A DNA stretch of 64,000 nucleotides from a bacterium (lineage in GTDB: Bacteria; Patescibacteriota; Minisyncoccia; Phycocordibacterales; UBA6899). The DNA lies in assembly GCA_043743715.1 (NCBI GenBank), contig JAYTWK010000015.1:6576-70575 (forward strand). The letters run 5' to 3'. The translations under genes were made by a program, and so were the position numbers. Every line of letters begins with the position of its first letter. Position 1 is the stretch's first letter. Under the pieces are notes generated by a model, which ran no database searches, was not told where the DNA came from, and was given only the letters and a program-made list of their open reading frames with translations. Positions 1 through 10,166 of this stretch are shown piece after piece.

Positions 1-1096
1 GCGCATTCTCAAGGCAAAAGGCCACACCATCATTACTGCTGCGGCAAGTAACGCCCCGTCCTTACCACTCCTAAAGAAGGAGAGCTTGGAGCCGATCGAG
101 ATTCCGCACTATCCTGCATGGGATTGCCCCGACGCGATCAAGAGTATGAAGAGGCTGCTCGACTTACACAAGCCGGACTGCGTTTTGGTCGGAATCTCCG
201 ACACGAAGGCCGGCAGCGAGAAGACTGCGGTGTATGTCGCCGACACTTTGGGTATTCCGACCGTCGGACTCGTCGAAGGCTGGCCGCACATGTGGCTCGC
301 TGCGTATGGCGACAGGGACACACCCATCTATCAACCGCGTGTCGCCAAGATGTGCGTAATGGACACGCTCTCGAAGGTGAGACTCGAGGAGGAAGGGTAC
401 CGGAGTGACCAGCTGGTCGTCACCGGCAATCCGTTCAACGATATCCTCATCTCCTCACTCGCGTACCGCGACGAGGCACGAGATGAAGTGTGCATGCATT
501 TCGGCATCGACCCGCGAGCGCTCAAGTTCTTGTACGCGACTACTGCAGACCTCGACAATCCCGATGAGGAGCGCGAAGGTCACCCCGAATGGCTCGGTCA
601 CAGCGAGGAGTCGGTGCTACGCGAATTCTTGAACGCACTCCAGATTGCCAAGAAACAGTACGGAGAAAAGGAGGTCGAAGGTATTGTGCGTGTGAAACCA
701 CACAGGAAGGGTGTGCGTGTGAAGGAGCTGATCGCCGAGATCTGCCCCTCGGCCCACTTCGACAACGTCGATTATCAGGGCAAGCCGTACCCGCTCCTCT
801 ATGCCGACGTCGTCGTCGGACGCTACACGCTCATGCTCGAGCATGCTGCACTGCTCCAGATTTTGGCAATCTCGTGCCTTCCCAACCTGTTCGACAAGAA
901 GCGGCAGCCGATCGCAAATCAATTGAATGCGGTATTCGCAATCTACACCAAAGGCTACCTCGCCTACCACATGAAGAAGATCGCGAAAGGCCGCGAGCTC
1001 GCGATAGAGGCGATGAGGTCAAGTCTGTCAAAGCTCAATCCAGAAGCGGACGCGACTGGGGCAGTGGTCAGGGTGATTGAAAAATACCTCACATAG
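1..1096 (+). CDS. Hypothetical protein, 5'-partial; the reading frame is open from the window edge and the tracked start at 86 is a TTG
   Basis: Long ORF with no upstream stop in frame. It is followed by a strong rho-independent terminator. No confident family assignment from sequence alone. Confidence 0.4.
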   Translation, partial: RILKAKGHTIITAAASNAPSLPLLKKESLEPIEIPHYPAWDCPDAIKSMKRLLDLHKPDCVLVGISDTKAGSEKTAVYVADTLGIPTVGLVEGWPHMWLAAYGDRDTPIYQPRVAKMCVMDTLSKVRLEEEGYRSDQLVVTGNPFNDILISSLAYRDEARDEVCMHFGIDPRALKFLYATTADLDNPDEEREGHPEWLGHSEESVLREFLNALQIAKKQYGEKEVEGIVRVKPHRKGVRVKELIAEICPSAHFDNVDYQGKPYPLLYADVVVGRYTLMLEHAALLQILAISCLPNLFDKKRQPIANQLNAVFAIYTKGYLAYHMKKIAKGRELAIEAMRSSLSKLNPEADATGAVVRVIEKYLT

Positions 1097-1107
1097 GTGA
1101 TGAAGGT

Positions 1108-1142
1108 GCGCTCGGGAGTTTATTCTCCCGAGCGCTTTTTTT
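1108..1142 (+). terminator. Rho-independent terminator (gcgctcgggag/ctcccgagcgc followed by a T7 run)
   Basis: An 11-bp perfect stem with a 6-nt loop and a T-run, directly after the ORF stop. Confidence 0.8.
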
Positions 1143-1264
1143 ATCTCTTTTTATATCTCTTTATACCATCTTCCAATAACTCTTCGGCAACAGGCTAAGG
1201 GCGCTTCTTGGCTTTGAAAGGGGTGCCATTGGAGAAGCTGCCAGTTGGTTAATGGGGGATGGTA

Positions 1265-1810
1265 TTATATCTCGAAGATGCCTTCGAGTTTGATCACCGT
1301 CATCCCCACTCCACGCGCGAGTATCTCATCATCCGAGAGGAGCGGCATGCTTACTCCGTACCTGCGGAGAATTGCCTTCTTCAGTTCATCTGGACTCTTG
1401 ATATGCTTCATCGAGTATGTAAATGCCTCAGGGAGGAGAGCGTCATAGGGGATATGCTCTCTTTTTTTTACTACTGTGCCGACATAGACATTTTTCACAG
1501 AGAGCACAGGCAACACCTCATCTCCCTCGCCCTTATAATATCCCTGCCGAATGATACGCGGCAGTAGCACCTTCGCTCCCGGCTTATGACCACCGAACTC
1601 CATATTGAAATGCGTAAGAAAGTGGAGGTCATGGTCGATATAGGGATACTCGTCATTTAATATCCGAATGATTGTGCCAATACCGAAGTGACGAGTGAAA
1701 TCTTTTGCGTCATACTCTTCGATTGTTCCGTCTTCACCTTGAATCCGGACGACATCAGGAGCGGCGCTACGTGCAATAGCAAGCGAAGAGTGGTGGACTC
1801 CATGTTTCAT
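1265..1810 (-). CDS. Hypothetical protein (181 aa), no confident family
   Basis: Clean ORF in a compact intergenic context. Weak resemblance to small self-processing or T-fold enzymes, not assignable. Confidence 0.4.
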   Translation of the reverse strand: MKHGVHHSSLAIARSAAPDVVRIQGEDGTIEEYDAKDFTRHFGIGTIIRILNDEYPYIDHDLHFLTHFNMEFGGHKPGAKVLLPRIIRQGYYKGEGDEVLPVLSVKNVYVGTVVKKREHIPYDALLPEAFTYSMKHIKSPDELKKAILRRYGVSMPLLSDDEILARGVGMTVIKLEGIFEI

Positions 1811-1915
1811 GAATCCATGATAGCACGAGAGAGAAGTACGCAGTTCGAGACGTTTTCACAATTATCTTCAATCAGCTATACTTCGAGTAAGCTGTAAAGC
1901 GAGAAATACCCATCT

Positions 1916-3193
1916 GTGAACTACTTACTTTTTGTCATGCCAATAGGCATTATCATGCTGGTCATGTTTCTGGGAGCTACTTCAGGTCTCTACGACACGC
2001 CGCTGTTCCAGGTATTCGTACAAATCTATACCATCATGAGTGTGACGGCATTTCTGTGGGCGCCGCTCCTCTTTGGATGGCTTGCGCAGCACCTATGGCT
2101 CAAGTGGCGGCAAATGGTCTATCTGCGCAAAAGTTATTATCCGTTCATTCTGCTCGAAGTAAAGGTTCCGCGCGAGATAAACAAGACCCCACTTGCGATG
2201 GAGATTGCGATGCATGCATTCGAGCGCGGTCCGAGTGGCAACTGGTGGGAGAGATGGGTCGATGGAAAATGTAAACCGTTCTTCTCGCTTGAGATAGTGT
2301 CGCTCGAAGGCAGTGTAAAATTCTTTATCTACTCGCCGCAGAAGTTCAAGGCGGATATCGAAGCAAATCTCTTTGGGCAGTACCCGGATGTCGAGATACA
2401 TGAGGTGCAGGACTATGTGGCACTCGCGCCATACTTACATGAGCGAAAGGACTGGGAGATGGCGGGCTGCACCTTCTCCTTGAACAAACCTGATCCGTAC
2501 CCCATCAAGACCTATATCGACTATGGACTCGACTCCACACAGACGAAAGAGGAGATGAAGAGCGATCCTATTTCATCGGTCATCGAGTACATGGGCGGTA
2601 TCGGCCGAGGCGAATATATGTGGTTACAGATAGGCATCATGAAGACTGCCCCACGTTTCAAAACCCCGGGCACATGGTTCGGCAAGCACGACTGGAAAGA
2701 TGAGGGTAAGAAAATTGTGAAAGAGCTGCAAGAAAAGTACGCCGGTGAGGTAGGAACGCGCGCCACCAAACGCCAGACCGAAGTCATTCAGGCAATAGAG
2801 CGCTCACTCGGGAAGCCCGGCTTCGACTCTTCATTCCGCGCGGTGTATGTCGCTCGCAAAGAACATTTCGACCGTTCACGCACCGGAGGCATTCGCGACC
2901 TCCTCAACCCGTTCAGTACGCAGGACCTCAACGGTTTCCGCTCGCATGGGCTGTTTCCGGATTATCCTTGGGAAGATTTTAATGATATTTTTTTGAACCG
3001 GAGAAAACGGCGCTTGTTCGACGGATATGTCAGGCGGTCATTCTTTTACCCCCCCTACAAGATGCCGAAGTATGTCCTCAATACTGAAGAGCTTGCGACA
3101 CTGTTCCACTTCCCGGGCGGCGTGACTGAGACTCCGACATTTGGACGCATCGGTTCGCGCAAGGGAGAGCCTCCGTCGAACTTGCCAATTTAG
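1916..3193 (+). CDS. Hypothetical membrane-anchored protein (two N-terminal TM helices plus a large soluble domain)
   Basis: Hydrophobic N-terminus (LLFVMPIGIIMLVMFLG, VTAFLWAPLLFGWL). Its stop lies 3 nt before mltG. Confidence 0.45.
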   Translation: MNYLLFVMPIGIIMLVMFLGATSGLYDTPLFQVFVQIYTIMSVTAFLWAPLLFGWLAQHLWLKWRQMVYLRKSYYPFILLEVKVPREINKTPLAMEIAMHAFERGPSGNWWERWVDGKCKPFFSLEIVSLEGSVKFFIYSPQKFKADIEANLFGQYPDVEIHEVQDYVALAPYLHERKDWEMAGCTFSLNKPDPYPIKTYIDYGLDSTQTKEEMKSDPISSVIEYMGGIGRGEYMWLQIGIMKTAPRFKTPGTWFGKHDWKDEGKKIVKELQEKYAGEVGTRATKRQTEVIQAIERSLGKPGFDSSFRAVYVARKEHFDRSRTGGIRDLLNPFSTQDLNGFRSHGLFPDYPWEDFNDIFLNRRKRRLFDGYVRRSFFYPPYKMPKYVLNTEELATLFHFPGGVTETPTFGRIGSRKGEPPSNLPI

Positions 3194-3196
3194 CTC

Positions 3197-4222
3197 ATGG
3201 AAGATCACAATTTTCAATCTTCACTTCGTACCGATACCGGCAGAATCCTTCCTCGGACTCCACGAGCATCACCACTCCGCTGGCTACGCAATCTGTTGCT
3301 CGTACTCCTCATCCCGGCGGGCATCCTTTGCTATTTCTACATCGAAACCACTGCGCCGCCTGCATTTACTCCTGATACCTTCGTGCTCGTGCCAGATGGA
3401 GCAAGTCTTGGGGAGATAGCAAAGCTGCTTGAGAAAGACAATGTGATCCGCTCGTCGCTCCTCTTTAATATAATGGTCGCGCATCTCGGCAAAGAAAAGA
3501 GTGTCGTAAGCGGTATGTATCTCTTTAGGACGCCGAGCGACCTGTTCGCAGTTGCAGAGCGGATGGCAAACGGTGATCATGGCATCGAGACCAGAAAAAT
3601 AACTCTCCCCGAGGGTTTCACCGTGAGTGACATGTCCGAGACATTCTCGAGACAGCTTCCGAATTTCGATGCTGATGAATTCATCACCACAGCACGCACG
3701 AAAGAGGGGTATCTTTTCCCCGATACATATTTCTTTCTTTTAACTGCAACTTCAGGCCCAGTATTCGCCACACTTTCGAATAATTTCTCCAAGAAGACAG
3801 CCACGCTTTTCTCTCACGCCGCGGAGCTTCACAAGAATTGGTCAGATACAATTATCATGGCCTCAATACTTGAGGGCGAGGCCGCAACAGCGCTTGACCG
3901 AAGGATAGTTTCGCAGATACTGTGGAAGCGCATCTCCATCGGCATGCGACTCGGGGTCGACGCACCGTTTATGTACACACTCGGCAAAGGCTCGCTTCAG
4001 CTCACGCAAAGTGACCTTGCGAGCGACTCACCCTATAATACCTACAAGCATACAGGGCTTCCTCCGACACCCATCGGAAATCCAGGGCTTGATGCGATAG
4101 ACGCAGCGCTACATCCTGCGACGAGCACCTATCTCTACTATCTCTCGGACAAACAGGGGACGATGCACTACTCAAAGACCTTTGAAGAGCATAAATTGAA
4201 CAAAACCAAGTTTCTGTATTAG
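3197..4222 (+). CDS. mltG: Endolytic murein transglycosylase MltG (YceG family)
   Basis: N-terminal TM, then the YceG signature region (...PYNTYKHTGLPPTPIGNPGLDAIDAAL...). Confidence 0.8.
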   Translation: MEDHNFQSSLRTDTGRILPRTPRASPLRWLRNLLLVLLIPAGILCYFYIETTAPPAFTPDTFVLVPDGASLGEIAKLLEKDNVIRSSLLFNIMVAHLGKEKSVVSGMYLFRTPSDLFAVAERMANGDHGIETRKITLPEGFTVSDMSETFSRQLPNFDADEFITTARTKEGYLFPDTYFFLLTATSGPVFATLSNNFSKKTATLFSHAAELHKNWSDTIIMASILEGEAATALDRRIVSQILWKRISIGMRLGVDAPFMYTLGKGSLQLTQSDLASDSPYNTYKHTGLPPTPIGNPGLDAIDAALHPATSTYLYYLSDKQGTMHYSKTFEEHKLNKTKFLY

Positions 4223-4231
4223 TATGGCGAT

Positions 4232-5611
4232 ATGAGCGAGCAAAAAGACATACAAAGCATAACAAAGGCGCATTTTGTGGGACTTGGCGGCATCGGCATG
4301 TCGGCGATACTGCGGCTATTTGCTGCGCGCGGTATTTTTGTTTCCGGCTCTGACCTCAACCTGCCTCCGATTGAAACACTTCCTATCGGTGACTTTTATC
4401 CTTCGCATGACGCGGCATATGTACCAATCGACGCGAGCCTTTTGATTTATTCAGCGGCTGTACCTCCGACCAACCCGGAGCGTATGCGCGCAAAAGAACT
4501 GAATATTCCTGAAATGAGTTACCCCGAAGCACTCGCTTTCGTCACTGCACCGTACACAACCATCGCGGTCTCCGGTACTCACGGCAAATCCACTTCGACG
4601 GCGCTCTTGGGTAAACTGTTCGAAGCAGGAAATCTTCATCCGTCGGTGATTGTCGGTGCTGAGGTCCCGGGGTGGAATGATCACAACCTGCTACGCGGGG
4701 AGGGCGACGTATTCATCGTCGAAGCATGCGAATACCGAAGACACATGATGAATCTCTCTCCGCAGACGATTGTGCTTACCAATCTCGAGCTCGATCATCC
4801 CGACTATTATCGCGATCTCGAGGATATCAAATCAGCGTTTAAAGACTACATCGGAAAACTCGGCGGAGAAGGACTCCTGGTCGCCAACAATGACGATGCG
4901 AACATCCGCGATATCATGCGCGGCTTCGACGGTATCGTGGTTTCGTTCGGAGTCGGGTCCGGTGCGGATCTCGTCGCCAAGAACATCCACACAGGAGCAG
5001 ACCGCCAGACATTTGAGATGGTATGGAAAGGCGCATCGCTCGGAGAATTCACCACGCCGCTTCCAGGGCTCTACAACATCTACAACATTCTTTCTGCCTG
5101 CGCCGCATATCTCGCCTACAGTGGAAAGAGTGAGGCTATCCAGGGAGTCTTAGATGCCTTTCACGGCGTCGGCAGACGTTTCGAAGTCGTCGGTATGCTC
5201 GATAGTACCATCATCGTCTCGGACTATGCACACCATCCGACCGCGCTGCGTGCTGTGGTCGAAGCGGCACTCGCCCGCTACAAAAACAAGCGCGTCCTTA
5301 CCATCTTCCGTCCACACCAAAGAGAGCGCACACAGAAGCTATTCGATCAGTTCGTGGCAGTAATGGGAACTATTCCGGCACTCCTTCTGATAGAAATCTA
5401 TGATGTCGCAGGACGAGAGGAAGGTATGAATATCAGCTCACGCAATCTCATCGCGAGCATACAGGAAAAATTCCACAATCCACAGATCATCTATGCGAAG
5501 GACCTGATCGAAGCCGAAGAGATAGCGCGCACGCAGGCAGAGCACTTCGACGTCATGCTGGTGGTCGGTGCAGGAGATGCCGACCAACTCGCGTATCAGC
5601 TGGTAAAATAA
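4232..5611 (+). CDS. murC: UDP-N-acetylmuramate--L-alanine ligase MurC
   Basis: GLGGIGMSAI Rossmann motif, GTHGKSTSTAL P-loop, and Mur ligase middle and C-terminal domains. Confidence 0.9.
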   Translation: MSEQKDIQSITKAHFVGLGGIGMSAILRLFAARGIFVSGSDLNLPPIETLPIGDFYPSHDAAYVPIDASLLIYSAAVPPTNPERMRAKELNIPEMSYPEALAFVTAPYTTIAVSGTHGKSTSTALLGKLFEAGNLHPSVIVGAEVPGWNDHNLLRGEGDVFIVEACEYRRHMMNLSPQTIVLTNLELDHPDYYRDLEDIKSAFKDYIGKLGGEGLLVANNDDANIRDIMRGFDGIVVSFGVGSGADLVAKNIHTGADRQTFEMVWKGASLGEFTTPLPGLYNIYNILSACAAYLAYSGKSEAIQGVLDAFHGVGRRFEVVGMLDSTIIVSDYAHHPTALRAVVEAALARYKNKRVLTIFRPHQRERTQKLFDQFVAVMGTIPALLLIEIYDVAGREEGMNISSRNLIASIQEKFHNPQIIYAKDLIEAEEIARTQAEHFDVMLVVGAGDADQLAYQLVK

Positions 5612-5615
5612 ACAT

Positions 5616-6830
5616 TTGCATATGAGTAAGAGAGAAGTATATGTCGACATGTCCCCGAATGAATATCAGAATCATCTAACGGGGCAGGCCGGCGGTTCGA
5701 GAAAAATGGTGTTTGTTGGAATGTCAGGGGGAGTAGACTCTTCTGTAAGTGCGGCGCTATTAAAAGAAGCGGGATACGACGTGACCGGAGTATTCATCAA
5801 GGTCTGGCAGGCCGATTTCTTGCCGTGTGACTGGAGAGAGGAGAGGAGAGATGCTATGCGAGCTGCCGCGCACCTCTCAATCCCGTTTGTCACCCTTGAT
5901 CTGGAAAAAGAGTACAAAGAAGAGGTGGTTGACTATATGATACGCGAATACGGTGCGGGGAGAATTCCGAATCCCGACGTTATGTGTAACAAGTACGTGA
6001 AGTTCGGCGCCTTTTACGCATATGCAAAGGAATGCGGCGCGGACTATATTGCGACCGGCCACTACGCGCGAAGTGAGCCGGAAGATGCAAGTCGCAAGCC
6101 ACAAGGAAACACAGAGTCAGAAATACCGAAGGCTTCAGACTTGAAACTTGATACTTGTAACTTCAAACTACTTGCCGGTGTCGACACACAGAAGGATCAG
6201 AGTTATTTTCTCTGGACCATCGAGAAAGACATACTCGCACATACACTGTTTCCCGTTGGTCACCTAAAGAAAAAAGAGGTGCGCGTGCTCGCCGCCAAGT
6301 ACGGACTTCCAAACGCAGAAAAGAAAGACAGCCAAGGACTTTGCTTTATGGGCAAAATAGATATGGCAGAATTCTTGAAACATTATCTCAAGACAACACC
6401 TGGGAATGTCCTCGATGCTAGTGGTGCGGTCATCGGCGTCCACGAGGGAGCGATGCTCTACACTATCGGACAACGCAAAGGTTTTGAAACGCACAAATCA
6501 TCCGAGCGTGAGGAGCCCTACTACGTCATTGCAAAAGACATACAGGCGAATACGATCACCGTCGCCCACAGGTCGCCTGATAATACAACTGCCTCTGCAA
6601 AGGTTGCTATTTCAGATATTCATATTATTTGTCCGCAAACTACCACAGCTGGACTCAGCGCACGTCTCCGTTACCGCGGAGAACTTTTTCCAGTAACCGT
6701 CTCCGGGTCTTTTCGTGAGGGGGGGTCTTGCGATATAGGATTTCTCGAGGACATAGATGGCATTGCTTCGGGACAATCGCTCGTGTTCTACCGCGATGGA
6801 GTGTGCGTCGGCGGGGGAGTGCTCTCGTGA
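5616..6830 (+). CDS. mnmA: tRNA-specific 2-thiouridylase MnmA; the true start is possibly the ATG at 5706
   Basis: PP-loop motif VFVGMSGGVDSSVSA, with the MnmA catalytic and C-terminal domains. Contains a low-complexity insertion. Confidence 0.85.
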   Translation: MHMSKREVYVDMSPNEYQNHLTGQAGGSRKMVFVGMSGGVDSSVSAALLKEAGYDVTGVFIKVWQADFLPCDWREERRDAMRAAAHLSIPFVTLDLEKEYKEEVVDYMIREYGAGRIPNPDVMCNKYVKFGAFYAYAKECGADYIATGHYARSEPEDASRKPQGNTESEIPKASDLKLDTCNFKLLAGVDTQKDQSYFLWTIEKDILAHTLFPVGHLKKKEVRVLAAKYGLPNAEKKDSQGLCFMGKIDMAEFLKHYLKTTPGNVLDASGAVIGVHEGAMLYTIGQRKGFETHKSSEREEPYYVIAKDIQANTITVAHRSPDNTTASAKVAISDIHIICPQTTTAGLSARLRYRGELFPVTVSGSFREGGSCDIGFLEDIDGIASGQSLVFYRDGVCVGGGVLS

Positions 6831-6884
6831 AGTGCGAAAGACCACGACTTTGAAACGCTGGCAATATCGGGGTATACTTACGGG

Positions 6885-7361
6885 ATGGGAAAACATAGCT
6901 TACTTATAGGTGCCCTCGCGCTGTTTGTGCTCATTGGTCTTGGAGCTGCAGTTTCAGGCACTTCTATTATAAACAAGAACAACAGTGCGGCGGCAGTATC
7001 ATTAGCAGACGATTCAATAACTATGGATAACGAAAACACATCTGGACTGAAGATAGAAGTTTTACAAGAAGGGAGCGGAGCTGAGGCCAAGAACGGCGAC
7101 CACATCTCGGTCGACTACACTGGCATGCTTACAGACGGGAAGGTATTTGACACAAGCGTTGGTCGCGCACCGTTCACACTCACACTTGGTGCGGGTCAAG
7201 TGATTAAAGGCTGGGAACAGGGACTGCTTGGAATGAAAATCGGCGAAAAACGCAAACTCACCATTCCCTCTGATCTCGCATATGGAAAGAGCGGATACCC
7301 GGGGGCAATTCCGCCCGATGCGACGCTCATCTTTGATGTTGAACTCAAGTCGATAAAATAG
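6885..7361 (+). CDS. FKBP-type peptidyl-prolyl cis-trans isomerase, secreted or membrane-anchored
   Basis: N-terminal signal/TM segment. FKBP domain (VDYTGMLTDGKVFDTS...LIFDVELKSI). Confidence 0.85.
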   Translation: MGKHSLLIGALALFVLIGLGAAVSGTSIINKNNSAAAVSLADDSITMDNENTSGLKIEVLQEGSGAEAKNGDHISVDYTGMLTDGKVFDTSVGRAPFTLTLGAGQVIKGWEQGLLGMKIGEKRKLTIPSDLAYGKSGYPGAIPPDATLIFDVELKSIK

Positions 7362-7388
7362 ACGCCGACAGAACGCGCATATTCCAAC

Positions 7389-7853
7389 ATGACAAAGTGG
7401 CTCATCATCATCACGCTCGCAATCACCTTGGGGATATTTGGTTTTTTGTATTCACAATCGACTCATCAGAGCACAGCCACTGATCAGGCAGAGACGCAGA
7501 GTGGCAATGGGATTCCGGTGGTGCATTCTTTCAAAGACGGGGTTCATCATTATTCAGGCCAGCTCAAGCTTGCACATTCTTGCTATACAGTCACTGCGGA
7601 GACACAAGGCGATCCGGCGGATGCAAAGAATCAACACATTATCCTTAGCGTCGTCAACAATATGGCGCATGAGGGTTTCTGTTCTCAGATAGTGACGCGC
7701 TATCCCTTTGATGTCATCCTGGATGCACCCGAAGATGTGAACACGACCCTTATGGTCAACGGAGCACTCGTACCAATAAACATCCACGAAACGACATGGC
7801 AAAATCCTACCTCCGGCGGATATATTACTCCCTTGAATAAGACCGGTTTTTAG
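7389..7853 (+). CDS. Hypothetical secreted or membrane-anchored protein
   Basis: N-terminal TM or signal peptide. No recognisable domain. Confidence 0.4.
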   Translation: MTKWLIIITLAITLGIFGFLYSQSTHQSTATDQAETQSGNGIPVVHSFKDGVHHYSGQLKLAHSCYTVTAETQGDPADAKNQHIILSVVNNMAHEGFCSQIVTRYPFDVILDAPEDVNTTLMVNGALVPINIHETTWQNPTSGGYITPLNKTGF

Positions 7854-7854
7854 G

Positions 7855-8697
7855 ATGGATGCGAATATCACGATTATCAAGGCTTCAGGTGAAAGGGAGC
7901 CGTGGAACCGCGACAAGTTGATGAGCTCGCTCATCTCTTCACGAGCGGAGCCAGAGTTGGCAACGGAGATAGTAGACCACGTCGAGAAAGATTTACGTGA
8001 CGGCATGCGCACCACCGACATCTATGAACATGCCTTCAATTTGCTTTCAAAGTACAACCGGCCTATTGCATCGCAATACAGCCTAAAGCGCGCGATGCTC
8101 GAACTCGGACCATCAGGATTTCCGTTCGAGCGCTTTATCGCCGAGATACTTAAGGTAGAGGGGTACCGGACACAGGTCGGCGTCATGGTCGAGGGACAGT
8201 GCGTCACACATGAAGTTGACGTCATCGCAGAAGAGGGAGGCGAGCGCATCCTGGTCGAAGCCAAGTATCACAATTCTCCGGACACGAAGAGTGATGTAAA
8301 GGTCGCGCTCTATGTCCACGCGCGATTCGAAGATATCAGAAAGAAGATTGAGGAGTCACCAAAGGGCGGGGAGGTGTTCACGCGTCCGTGGCTTATCACG
8401 AATACCAGCTTCACTTCGCAGGCGATACAGTATGCACAGTGCGTCGGACTCGCACTCACCGGCTGGAATTATCCCAAGGATCGCACCTTCCAGGACCTCG
8501 TCCTTCGCACACAAACCCACCCCATCAGTGTGCTCACCACACTCTCGAAGAGTGAGAAAAATCAACTGCTACAGAAGGGGGTTGTGCTGTGCAGGGACAT
8601 CATTGATCATACCTACCACCTCGAATCGATTGGAATGAAAAAACATGACATCGATAGAGTCATCGAAGAAGGGACGATGCTTTGTCCGCCTCGATAA
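7855..8697 (+). CDS. ATP-cone domain fused to a restriction-endonuclease-like (Mrr-cat / PD-(D/E)xK) domain
   Basis: N-terminus ITIIKASGEREPWNRDKLMSSL resembles the ATP-cone (VIKRDGR.E.F..KI). Downstream ...HEVDVIAEEGGERILVEAKYH matches a D...ExK nuclease core. Confidence 0.5.
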   Translation: MDANITIIKASGEREPWNRDKLMSSLISSRAEPELATEIVDHVEKDLRDGMRTTDIYEHAFNLLSKYNRPIASQYSLKRAMLELGPSGFPFERFIAEILKVEGYRTQVGVMVEGQCVTHEVDVIAEEGGERILVEAKYHNSPDTKSDVKVALYVHARFEDIRKKIEESPKGGEVFTRPWLITNTSFTSQAIQYAQCVGLALTGWNYPKDRTFQDLVLRTQTHPISVLTTLSKSEKNQLLQKGVVLCRDIIDHTYHLESIGMKKHDIDRVIEEGTMLCPPR

Positions 8698-8765
8698 ATT
8701 TTTTTGAACAGCGGTGTGTAGTTATCTTTCCTCAATTCACGTAATTTTGTATAATAAAAACACGT

Positions 8766-9290
8766 ATGGAAGACTTTGCGGTATCGAACTTTGAACTCAT
8801 GGTGCGGCTCACGGTCGCGGTCATTCTTGGACTTATCATCGGATCGGAGCGCTCACGTGTAGGGAAGCGCGCAGGCATGCGCACCTATGCGCTCGTGTCC
8901 CTTGGCGCATGTCTTTTCATTGTCATGAGTGGCGTGGTCTCGGTGATGTATGCAGAGACGTTCACCTTTGACCCACTGCGCGTCGCCTCTCAGATAGTAG
9001 TCGGTATTGGATTCCTTGGCGCAGGAGTCATCTTTGTGCAAAAGAATGAACTCACCGGACTCACCACTGCGGCGGGACTGTGGGTAGTGGCAGCAATCGG
9101 AGCGACATGCGGGTATGGACTCTACGCCATCGCTACCTATGTCACATTCTTGACACTTTTTATTTTTGAGGCATTATGGTATTTTGAAGAACGCTTTGTA
9201 CGTATCGCGGACAAAACGCCGCAGCAAGAATTTTCAGAAGAAGTATTGAAAGCAAAGAAACCCACTCAGCATCATGAAGACGAAAGTTAA
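8766..9290 (+). CDS. MgtC/SapB family membrane protein
   Basis: MgtC signature (LGLIIGSERSRVGKRAGMRTYALVSLGACLF) with multiple TM helices. Confidence 0.8.
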   Translation: MEDFAVSNFELMVRLTVAVILGLIIGSERSRVGKRAGMRTYALVSLGACLFIVMSGVVSVMYAETFTFDPLRVASQIVVGIGFLGAGVIFVQKNELTGLTTAAGLWVVAAIGATCGYGLYAIATYVTFLTLFIFEALWYFEERFVRIADKTPQQEFSEEVLKAKKPTQHHEDES

Positions 9291-10140
9291 AAAAGCAATC
9301 ATTGCCGTCGCAGGAAGCGGAACGCGTTTTCTCCCTGCCACAAAAGCTCAGCCCAAGGAGATGCTTCCGATTATCGATAAGCCCATCATCCAGTATGTTG
9401 TTGAGGAATTAGTTGATGCAGGCATCGAAGATATTATTCTCGTTACGAAGTGGGACAAGAAGACCCTTGAAGACCATTTCGACCGCTCATTCGAGCTTGA
9501 GCACTCACTCGAGGCCGCCGGAAAGATGAAGATGCTAAGTGCTATTCAAAAAATCTCATCGATGGCGAATTTTATCTATGTCAGACAGAAAGGTCCGTAC
9601 GGCAACGGCACGCCCATACTCTCTGCCGCAAGTCTCATAAATGACGAGCCGTTCGTTTTTGCCTGGGGTGATGATCTTGTACTCTCGAAAACATCTTTCA
9701 CCAAGCAACTCATAGACAATTATCATGAGCACAACGCTCCGGTTATCGGTGTGCAGAAGGTGCCGAAAGACACCGTCGACCGCTATGGAATCGTCAAGCT
9801 CAGGCCGGGCACACGCGAGATGGAGCACGTGGTCGAGAAGCCTTCGATTGAGAAAGCGCCTTCGCAGCTCGCGCAATTTGGCCGCATGATTCTCACGCCA
9901 GAGATAGTCAATATCTTGAAAGAGACCAAGCTTGGTAAAGGTAATGAACTATGGGTCACCGACGCCATTTCCACCTATATCAAACGCGGCGGTAAATTCA
10001 TGGTGCAGGAAGTCGAGAACGGGCAGTGGCTGACTACCGGAGACCCTTTGAATTACCTGAAGGCGATGATCGAGTACGCGCTCGTGCGCGAGGACATCGG
10101 CGATGACTTTCGGAAGCATTTGCACTCGCTGAATCTGTAG
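9274..10140 (+). CDS. galU: UTP--glucose-1-phosphate uridylyltransferase GalU
   Basis: KAIIAVAGSGTRFLPATKAQPKEMLPIIDKPIIQYVVEE nucleotidyltransferase motif. Confidence 0.85.
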   Translation: MKTKVKKAIIAVAGSGTRFLPATKAQPKEMLPIIDKPIIQYVVEELVDAGIEDIILVTKWDKKTLEDHFDRSFELEHSLEAAGKMKMLSAIQKISSMANFIYVRQKGPYGNGTPILSAASLINDEPFVFAWGDDLVLSKTSFTKQLIDNYHEHNAPVIGVQKVPKDTVDRYGIVKLRPGTREMEHVVEKPSIEKAPSQLAQFGRMILTPEIVNILKETKLGKGNELWVTDAISTYIKRGGKFMVQEVENGQWLTTGDPLNYLKAMIEYALVREDIGDDFRKHLHSLNL

Positions 10141-10166
10141 ATACCGCTCTATATCGCCGTAACAAA

